From Camelus dromedarius (Eukaryota), in NCBI RefSeq assembly GCF_036321535.1, contig NC_087436.1, forward strand, positions 32,180,001 through 32,244,000: 64,000 bases of DNA, in the 5' to 3' direction. The notes below the pieces were generated by a model. The model was not told the origin of the DNA. It was given only the letters and a program-made list of their open reading frames with translations, and searched no databases. Position numbers and translations under genes: made by a program. Shown in pieces: positions 54,371 through 64,000 of this stretch (its first letter is position 1; each line of letters begins with the position of its first letter).

Positions 54371-54819
54371 TGTCATTTTTTTTTTGAAATTGCATTTTGA
54401 GATAAGTCAACATTTAGAAGTCTGCATAACTCAGTCAATCAATATTTCCAAATGACCAATGCATGATGTTACAAAAGCATGCACAGACAAAAAGATCCAT
54501 TCAAAGTGTAGGATAGTCCAATGGCTTTTAATGTAAGAGTATAAAAACTTCCTGGGTATAAAAAGGTCATTGATATATGGTTTCAGATTCCATATTGCAA
54601 TTAACTTTAAAAAAACCTGCCACTTGTTCAGCTTTGATATAATAGCAAAGAATACCAACAATGATCCAAAAAGGCTATAAAATACTCCTCCTTTTCCTAG
54701 ATTTTATTTCTATACTTCAACAATAACAAAAAACAAATTATAAGCATTTTATATATAGAAACATATGAGAATCTAGTTACCTCATATTAAGTGAAACACT
54801 GAACAAATATGCAAAACTT

Positions 54820-54933
54820 TTTTTGGGGGGGGATTAAGTTATTAATTTGCTTGTTTATTTGTTTAAATGGAGGTACTGGGGATTGAATCCAGGACCTCGT
54901 GCATGCTAAGCACACTGAGTTCTACCCTCCCCC
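54820..54933 (-). mobile_element. tRNA-derived SINE with TSD
   Basis: Flanked by aacaaatatgcaaaactt and aacaaatacgcaaaactt. Confidence 0.85.
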
Positions 54934-57008
54934 AACAAATACGCAAAACTTTAAAACAATACCTCTCTATTCAGGAATTTTTGTTTAGAGAAATATAATT
55001 ATACTTTATAAAGATATGTTATTTACATTAATATATAATAGCTTTATTATGTTATTTAAATGAGTATTCAAATTTTTTTGTTTTACTTTATAATTCAATT
55101 TATTTTTTTATTTTTTAATTATATAACTCCCATAAACAAAAGTTCTTTGAGGTGCTCAGTAATTTTTAAAAGAATAAAGAGTTTCTTAGACTAAAAAGTC
55201 TGAAAAACCATTTAACTAAATCATATCACTTTTGGCACTTAGAACTCATTGCCTACAGAATAAGCTATGAATCTGCAGCCATACCTAGATCCATCATAGA
55301 ATTCTATATTCAATGAGAATGTCTTTCAAAATGAAAAGAAGAATCCTTTTTCTGATAAACAAAAGCTAACAGAATTCACTGCCAATAGACCTACACAAGA
55401 AATGGTTAACAAATGAAAAGCATTGAAAATGGCAAAAAGAATATTTTTAAAATTTCCTTTTTCATGTTAATTGCTTTAAAAGATAACTGTCTAAATAAAA
55501 AATAATAACAAAATACAGCACAAAAGAGGAGGCAACAGAACTTTACTGTTGTAAGATTCTTATATTATACACGTAATGGTATATTATTTGAAAGTAGTCT
55601 ATATGTTAAAATGTATATTTCAAACCCAAGAAGACCAGTAAAAAATAAGAGATATAACAAGAAGTCAATAGTAGAGATAAAACAGATGCATTATAAAAAG
55701 TAAGGTGATTCAAAAGAAAGTAGGAAAAAAGAACAAAGAATATAAGATAATAGATTTAAACCTAATCACACCAATAATTACATTAATATAGATGGTCCAA
55801 GGATATGAATGCTCACAGTGGGGAGGCTATGATGTGGGAAGCAGAAAGGCATAAGGGAACTCTGTACTTTTCACTCAATTTTGCTGTGTACCTAAAACTG
55901 CTGTAAAAGATAAGTCAATTAAAAAAATTTCACCCCTCATTATTGTAATTGCAGACTTGTCTGTCATCTCTGAATTAAGATCCAGTAAAGTAGGGACTGT
56001 ATCTATCTTGCTTCCTGCTATATATAAGTGCAACACTTTTCACCATTACCTATTGATCTCTTAACTATACTGCTCCAATTAAAAAACCTGGGAAACAAAC
56101 TGTCAAAATGACTTAGAACACAAAATAACTATTAGTATACAATAGGTGCCCAAGAAGAATACGTACATATTTTAAAGACAATATATCCAATGAGAACAAA
56201 ATGTAAAAGTACCAAATAAGTATCACTGAAAAGACTTGGAGATTTTCAGATCATGATAAATTTCCTAGCTTTTCCTTGAATGAAACTAATTCTTACCTTA
56301 TAGTAACCAGTCAAAAAAAAAAAAAAAAAAAACTTTGCTAAAGCTCATTTTTCAGTTAGAAAGCTGTTCAGATAATTATTCTGAAAATATCTTCACAAAT
56401 ACAGGATACGTTTTCAAGAGACAAAAAGCAATTAGTAAATCACCTCTGTATCCACTCTACAGCACAAAACAGCCATACTCTGTTGGATTTCACTGGCATT
56501 GTAAAAGGTTTGCTCTATCATCTCTTTTTAGGTAAATAATAGTATTTTTTAAAAATTAAAGCTAAAAGAAAAATCACTTACTGTTAATAACCAGTTAATA
56601 TAAATTATTTCCCCCAAAAGGAAAAATTCTGAACTATTAATGTGTTTTATTTCCATATCCTTTATATAGGTTGAGTAGATTGTTTAGCACAATAAGAACC
56701 TACTGTGCTACAAAAAATCTGGAATCTTTCCAAAGATAGTAACTTTCATAGACCTAAATATTTTTAATAAGAGTATACATTTGTGGAAATTACTTTAAAT
56801 GGGAAAAAAAAATGTCCTACTGAATTATTCCTTAATGTACTTATTGTAAAACTGTCCCACTTATCTTCTTTGGCTTCTTGTTTTACTGTTTTCATTGTTC
56901 AATAATTTGCTAACATACTAATTCTTAAATATTCCCAAATATCTAATTAGTAACTGTTTTCAACAAACTTAAAATCAAAAACAAAACAATGTTTGACAAA
57001 TACAGTAC

Positions 57009-57115
57009 CTGACAGAGGATGTTCTTGGCCCATGATCTCTGGAATCCATTACCCAGCCAACATGACACTCTAGAGGAGGATTTGTACTATGTCTTGTTTT
57101 TCTCTTTCTTGGACT
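57009..57115 (-). CDS. LARP1B: LARP1B coding exon
   Basis: Acceptor ccttag|AGT and donor AG|gtact; 107 nt, phase 0 to phase 2. Encodes SPRKRKTRHSTNPPLECHVGWVMDSRDHGPRTSSV. Not in the ORF track; translated by hand. Confidence 0.95.
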
Positions 57116-57572
57116 CTAAGGAAAAAGAAGTCAAACATTGCAATTACTTTCAGTAGTGTGAACCTCACAAATAAATTAAAACCCTCTGACTGTAAACCAA
57201 CTCAAACATTTTCATATTGTGGATGACACATTATGAAATCATATGAAGTCACAAAACTCAAACATCTCACATACAAGTTACAAAACTTAACAAACAAGGC
57301 TCTTTGCTAGGTTTCAACACACAGATTAAAGGAAATACAATAGAATGAGTCTTCATTATACCTTCTGATCGTCTTTAATTACACTACCCATGGTAAAGAA
57401 GTTATTCCTCAACCTGAGAAAACACTGCTATGGTAAAATATCATTTTTAAATGAATTCTTGCAATCTAAAATGTACTTTTTTTTCTTTTACTGTGATAGA
57501 AACTAAAAAGTCTCATTTTGTAATGTTAAAGTATATAAAATGCAGGCTTTATAGTCCTGGTGTTTTGTGTAC

Positions 57573-57784
57573 CTTTACATCAACGGCTTTTGGTTCTTTA
57601 ACAACAGGATAAAATCTTGGTGTTTTATTCGGATCTTGTAATCTGGGTGTTCGAGGTGTTTTGGCTGCCCTGGCAGGATAAATTGTAGGAGATCGCGGAA
57701 CTGCTGTAGGCAATGAATGGGCAGTTGTTGCTGAAGACATATCTGAAACATCAAACAGTTTCTGAGCTAGTTCATCAGTCAAAT
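57573..57784 (-). CDS. LARP1B: LARP1B coding exon
   Basis: Acceptor ttttcag|AT and donor AAG|gtacac; 212 nt, phase 1 to phase 0. Encodes (D)LTDELAQKLFDVS...KTPRTPRLQDPNKTPRFYPVVKEPKAVDVK. Confidence 0.95.
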
Positions 57785-58989
57785 CTGAAAAATAAAAACC
57801 TGTTAAAATATTTGGGTGCTAGGAGAATATTTTACTTTGAGAAGAAGGAAAATTCTAAAATTCTCTAAACTCAGAGGATTTTTTCATTAGAAACATTTCA
57901 AATATATAAGAAAGAATTTTAAAAAACACTTCTCTACATATCACTTACTAAATTTTAATTTTGCTTTCTTTCTGGTTTATTTATTAAAGAAAAAGAAGTT
58001 AAAGCCCATTGTGTAACCTTTCCTAATCCCATTTTGCTTTTCCTCCTCAGAGATAACCAGGCTCTTAAATTTGGTATTTTTATCTATTACTATATATATA
58101 TAATATATATAATATAATTTTGCATAATTAACTTTATATATGTGGTATCACACTATATTATCATTTTGCAGCCTTTTTTGGTCAATATTTTGTTTGAGAA
58201 GATTATTCAAGTTCTATTCATAAAGCTTTGGTTTACTCATTTTCACTGAAGAATATCAAACTGTTATACAACTATCAAAAATTACTCATTATCCTTAAGA
58301 CACTTAAGTTATTTCCAAATTTTTGGTATAATCAAAAATGCTTCAATGAACATTGCTGAACATGTCTCTTTGTATATGTGTGAGCATTTCTCTAGGGTTT
58401 ATAGTTGAAATGGAAATGCTGAGTCAAATGGCACATGTATCTTCTGACTCACTAAATACTGATTGCCAAGCTGAGTTCTATAGTGGTTTTATCAATTTAT
58501 ACTTCAACCAGCAGCATATAAAAGTCCCAGCAATTTAACATCCTGGCTAAGACTGGTTTTTGTTTAGACTTTTAAATATTTTTTTCCATCTCATGGGATT
58601 TAAATGGTATTTGTATTTCCTAGTAAGTTGAGTGTATTTTCATAGATACAGTCATCATTCAAATTTCCCTTTTGTGAACTTGCCTTTTTGACTGTTCTTC
58701 TGTTAGATTGTTTTACTTACAAGTTTGTGAAAATCTTAAGGTAAGATACTAAATAAGCAGATGAGCAAATAGTAATATCAAAAATATAAGCTTTAGTTCT
58801 ATATGGTTTTTCTTCAGACTTATCAACCTCTTTTGGTTCATACAATAACTTTTTGTTCATTCAACAAATATTACTGAATGCCTATTATATGTAAAGCACT
58901 ATTCTAGACACAAGTTTGTAAATTCAAAAGTGAACTTACCCACTCTATTACTAGTATTCCTGTATTAACAATTTTCCTCCCAATTCATT

Positions 58990-59545
58990 TTCCTTACTAT
59001 AACCAGAATGATTATTCTGAGGAGCAAATTAGGTAGTTTCATATTTCTATTAAAAATCTTTCAGTGTTTCTCTTTTGGCTTTAGGAGAAGTTGAGGCTCT
59101 TTACTATGGCACATAAAAATTTCCTGATTTTGCTTCATCAATTGTCATTCTCCACTTCAATTTTGGTGCCCCAAATAGCAACCTACTTATTGTTCCCGTT
59201 TTCTTGCTTCATGTCTTTTTATATGCTTTTGCTCTACCTAAAAGTCTCTTCCCCTCATCTTTTTACATCCAGGTGGCTTCATATCATCCCTTTAATATCC
59301 AGAACAAATGTTACTTTCCCTGGGAATGTGTAGCATTCTTGAAAATCTTCTGCCAACAGAATTAATCTATTCTTTCTGGTGAAACCTCTGCATTTTATCT
59401 ACTTATTTTTTTTAAATTATGAAGTTAAAATTAATTTTCTTACAAAACATTCCATTAGATGCTAACAGTAAGTCCCAGTGCTTCCCTGAAAGCAAGGGCC
59501 ACAATTTATATTACTATACCAGTGTCTACAATTGTGCCTGGGGAA
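58990..59545 (+). mobile_element. Degenerate L2 fragment
   Basis: tcatccctttaatatccagaacaaatgttactttccctgggaa and gcttccctgaaagcaagggcc...tgtgcctgg resemble L2 3'-region motifs. Confidence 0.6.
59315..59349 (-). other. Cryptic or degenerate 35-nt LARP1B micro-exon inside an antisense L2
   Basis: ggcag|AAGATTTTCAAGAATGCTACACATTCCCAGGGAAA|gtaaca. The 3' part reads MLHIPRE, resembling the human LARP1B GGVQGVLHIPKK segment as I recall it. The pyrimidine tract is weak. Confidence 0.5.
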
Positions 59546-60278
59546 AAGTATATCCCCACCAAATGACTGATACACTTAACTCAATCGTGTTAATGCCATT
59601 TATCTGTATAGCAAAAAGATACAAAATCTCAGAGATAAAAATACGATCACACACTGAAAAACATATTAAATCCAATGTCCTTGTAAAAGAAATATTCAAA
59701 GAGCTAGGAGCAATAACTCAGAAACAGTAAGCTTCCTAGCATCCAGATTATGGTCTCTAAATTCTATTTCCCACTGATCCGGTCTCCTGAAAAAACAGTC
59801 TGAAGCACAAAGTATTATATGAGTCGAGGAAATCTTGAGCCACAAAGCAATGAAGTTTAAAATGAAAATATTAGCATAGTTCATGAAGAATAGAAGAAAC
59901 TTTAGGGGAATACAGTGGTCAAAAATGAACTGATATTATCACTAAAAACGATGACTGAATTGAATTAAAACACATAAATATATTCCATCAGTTCATAATG
60001 GTATTTTAAAACTTAATCATATTTCTAGGTTGCTCTGAAGATGATAAACTGAATACAAAGAAAGAAATAAGAATATATCCTTCCATTCTTAAGGTAAAAA
60101 CTGAATTTCAGGTAAACAAAGTTGATAAAAATATTCTTATACATAGAATTCTAGGTAAGAAACACAGAAGAAAAGACAGAATTAGAAGATGACTACTTTG
60201 CAACTCTAATGAAATAGAGGATCAAGGGAATGTTCATCATTAGTTGCTAAAATTATTTGGTAAAATGTTGACTAGAGA

Positions 60279-61530
60279 TTTCACAACCCACGAAACAAAT
60301 AACTGATAAGCTGGATTTAATTAAAACAAAAACCTTTTGCTCTGGGAACAACACTGACAAGAGAATGAGAAGACAAGGCACAGAACGGCAGAAAGTTTTT
60401 GCAAGAGACTTGGTGGGACTACTGTCCAAAATATACAAAGAACTCTTAAAACTCAAGAGTTTAAAAAAAAAAAACTGATTAGAAAATGGGCCAAAGACCT
60501 GGAAAAACATCTCACTAAAGAAGATATATACATGGCAAATAAGCATATGCAGATACTCCACATCATATATCATCAGAGAACTGAAAGAAAGACAACAATG
60601 AGATTCTACTACACACACATATTAGAAAAGCTAAAATCCAGAATACTGACAACACTAACTGCTGGTGAGAATGTGGAGCAACAGGAACTCTCATTCATTG
60701 ATGGTAAGAATGCAAAATAGTACACCCACCTTGGAAGACAGTTTGGAAGTTTCTTGCAAAACTAAACATGCTCTTACCATACAATCTAGCAACTGCCCTC
60801 CTTGGTACTTACCCAAAGGAGCTGAAAACTTATGTTCACACAAAAACCTGCACATGAGTGTTTATAGTAGCTTTAATCATAATTGCCAAAACTTGGAAGC
60901 AACCAAGATGTCCTTCATTAGGCAAATGGGTAAATAAACTGTAGTATATCCAGACAATGGAATAGTACCCAGTGTTAAAAATAAACAAGTGATCAAACCA
61001 TGAAAAGACATGGATGAACTGTAAACGCATACTACTAAGTGAAGGAATCCAATTTGAAAAGGCTATATACTGTATGATTTCAACTATTTGACACTCTGGA
61101 AAAGGAAAACTATGGAGATAATAAAAAAGACCAGTTGTTTCAAGGGGTTGTGGGTAGGGAGGGATGAATAGGTGGACCAAAGAGGATTTTCTGGGCTGTG
61201 AAATACCATGTATGCTACTATAATGATGGCTACATCTGGTTATACATTTACAAGCCAGTGAAATGTACAACACCAAGAGTAAACGCTAATGTAACTACAG
61301 ACTTTCAGTGATTATGATGTTTCAGTGATTATGATGTATCAGTGTAGGCTCCTCATTTGTAACATATGTACCACTCTGGTGTGGGACATTGCTATGAGGA
61401 AGGCACATCTTTCACCACATGGGCTTTAGCTAAGCAAGTTGGGGTCAAGGAGTAAATGGGAAATCTCTATATCTTGCTCTTAATTTTGCTATGAGCCTAA
61501 AATTGCTCTAGAAAAAAAAAATCTTTAAAA
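60279..61530 (+). mobile_element. L1MC-like 3' fragment, copy B
   Basis: Has its own 3' tail taattttgctatgagcctaaaattgctctagaaaaaaaaaa. It interrupts another old L1 3'UTR that resumes at about 61531. Confidence 0.88.
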
Positions 61531-63111
61531 AAGGTGAAGGGAAACTTTATGATGAATAGATCAGGCTGACAACATCTAAACCCAATGATCAATCATAGCA
61601 TAAGTAAATGTGAGCCTGAAAGATATTGTATGATGCAATAAGAAATAAACAACTCCTGTGAAATAGGCTTGCCACCACAAAAATAAAAATCCTAAATATA
61701 CTAAATTTGTATCTAAATACCAGTTCACAAGAAATAGAGGAGATAAAAGAACACAGGTAAACATGAATCATAAGAAATCCTATGATAAAGTAACTAGTTT
61801 CTTCAATAAATCTTTAGAATGGAAAAAGAAGAGAAGAAGAATGATTAGAGATTATGAGTGACTTAATGGTCTTATCAATCAAATGCTACATGTGTACCTT
61901 GTCTGGTCCTGATTCAAACAACAAATTAGAAAAATTATATTTCAGACAATCAGAGGCAATAAATATATACTGAGTAGTAGATGATATTAAGGAATTATTA
62001 CTAATTTAATGTGAAATAATGATATCATAAAAATATATATATACAGTGGGTATTTACAGAAGAAATAATGCAGTGTTTGAGATTCGTGGGCCATCTCTCG
62101 TACATGAACGTTCAAAATAGCATTTTTCATAATAGCCCAAACTGAAAAAAATCCAAATATCCATCAACTGCCATACAGGTAAACAAAATGAAGTGTGTCC
62201 ATGCTATAAAACACCACCTCATAAAAAGGAGCGAAGTACTGATCTAAGCAACAACATGGATTAACCTCAAAAAATATATGAACTGAAAGAAGTCAAGACA
62301 CATTGATTACATATCACATGATTCCATTTACATGAAATTTCCTGAAGGTAAAAAAAAACATACAGTCAGCAGATCACCAGTTACCTCAGACTGAAGCTGA
62401 GTGTTGAGACTTGACTGCAAATGATCATGAAGAAACTTTTAGCATGATGGAATTCTAAAACTAAATCATAGTGCTGGTGTACAAGTATACAAATTTACTG
62501 AAATTCATCAAAATATACACTTAAAGTGAGTTAATTTTATGTAAATTATACCTCAAAAAAGCTTTACAAAACAAAAAGATCAGGCCATCTGCTCTTCAGG
62601 GAATCTCAGTTGTGATTGTCTACCATACAGTTTCTGCTAAAAGTAGTATCAAATCAGAGAGGGCTGATATTTCAGAGGATCAAGCTAAAACACTGATTTT
62701 GAAAGTACAGTCCCACCAGTGGCATCAGCATAACCTGTGAACTTGTTAAAAATGCATATTCTCAGGTCCCACCTCATTTTACTAAGTCAAGAAACTCTGG
62801 GTGCAGAGTTCTTTGATTTGTTTTAACAAGCTTTCCAAGTGAACCTGATGCTTGCCAAAGTTTAATAACCACTGGACTGAAAGGTATGCTAACTATTCTA
62901 CTACTTAAGATTTTCCATATTTTATTGGTACCAAATAATTGCACAGGTGCTTATGGACCTTCTCCATAGCCCCCAATGTCTTTATAGACAGGAATTGCCT
63001 TTATAAAAGCAGAACTTAATATTAAGCTATTGGTGTTCACTGAAGGCTGATAATAAAAATGCTATATAAGGACGGACACTTTATTTTTTATGTAAATAAA
63101 ATGCTACTGAA

Positions 63112-63310
63112 GCAGGACTCAGCAAACTTTTCCTATAAATGCCAGATAGGAAACTTTTTTTTGGTTTTTCAGATCATAAAGTCTCTGATGAAACTATTCA
63201 ACCTTACCACTGTAGCATAGCCACAGACTATAAGTAAATGAAGGATATGGCCAGATTGGACCATGGCAGGCCAGTTCTGGCCTATGGGTAATAAATTTGC
63301 CGATCACTGA
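63112..63310. mobile_element. MER58-like hAT MITE
   Basis: Termini caggactcagcaaact ... atttgccgatcactg. Confidence 0.7.
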
Positions 63311-63329
63311 ACCAGAGCAGTCAGATAGA

Positions 63330-64000
63330 TGGGGATCCAAATACTAGATTTAAATTTGCTTACAAAAAAGTCATTATAACTATATTTCATGTATTCAGTA
63401 AGGTAGAGGAAAGTATGACCACAGCAAAGAGATACAGGCAATAAAAAAGAACCCAATACAACTTCATGAGAGGAAAAACCCAACAGCTGAGATTAAAAAA
63501 AAAAACAAGGAACAAAAACCAAAACAACCCATACTAGATGGGTTTAAAAATAGATTAGACACTGCAGAAGAAAAGTCTAATGAACTTAAAAACATAGGAG
63601 TAGAAATTGTCTAAAACAAAACACAAATTAAAATATGACTGGGGGGGCAGGAGGAGGGCATTAGTGAACTGTGGGAGGTGAAGTAGCTTAATATATATGT
63701 AACTGGAGTCAAAGAAATAATTTTAAAGTACATAAAAATTATTAATTTTTAAAATTTAAAATGCTAATTTAAAATATGGCTAATTTTTTTTTCAAATTTG
63801 ATTTAAAATATAAAAACACATAGGTACAAAAACTCAATAAGCCTAAAGTACAAGAACACTAAGAAATCACAACAAAGCAATCGCAAACTGCTTACAACAG
63901 GTGATAAAGAGAAAATATTAAAAGCAGCCAGAATCAATAGCAGTTATTGAATCTGATCAACAGAGCCAAAAAAAATTGGAAAAATTAATCAAGCCTCAGG
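63330..64000 (+). mobile_element. Degenerate L1 ORF1-region remnant
   Basis: tagattagacactgcagaagaaaag..tgaact and gataaagagaaaatattaaaagcagccaga are L1 ORF1-like. Confidence 0.65.

Larger units (their letters stand above)
47983..55210. mobile_element. Charlie1-like hAT element split by nested insertions
   Basis: Left end aatggttctcaacatgtggtc (about 47983-48330). Right part about 54390-55210 ending aaaagtctgaaaaacca. The family call is from recall. Confidence 0.6.

Noticed and set aside
1..64000. CRISPR arrays, operons or prokaryotic defence systems
   Set aside because: The window is mammalian intron-exon DNA with no regularly spaced repeat-spacer array or dense ORF clusters.

Overview
This is AT-rich, repeat-dense mammalian genomic DNA. 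The young tRNA-derived SINEs and L1 tails look camelid or cetartiodactyl, which is an inference. Two genes lie tail-to-tail. PGRMC2 (+) contributes its last two coding exons (8718-8873, 10361-10458) and 3'UTR. LARP1B (-) contributes its last seven coding exons (57784 down to 39613), including the whole DM15 cap/TOP-binding region. All splice sites are GT-AG with consistent phases. The rest is L1, L2, MIR, SINE, ERV/MaLR LTR and hAT/Tigger relics. The most unusual structure is two old, independently inserted L1 3' fragments in opposite orientation in LARP1B introns. They are almost identical over about 1.05 kb (50743-51791 vs 60334-61381) while their flanks and a third local copy are clearly diverged, which points to gene conversion or an assembly artefact. 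This inverted pair brackets two LARP1B exons and a 35-nt L2-derived cryptic exon. That exon would be a poison exon in linear mRNA, but in a back-spliced 354-nt circle it would close a stop-free reading frame. Other leads are a convergent pair of CTCF-like motifs in an inverted repeat around a CA microsatellite, head-to-head LTRs with a central double hairpin, a candidate L1 3' transduction and a NAGNAG acceptor. Repeat family names and human comparisons are from recall, not from searches.
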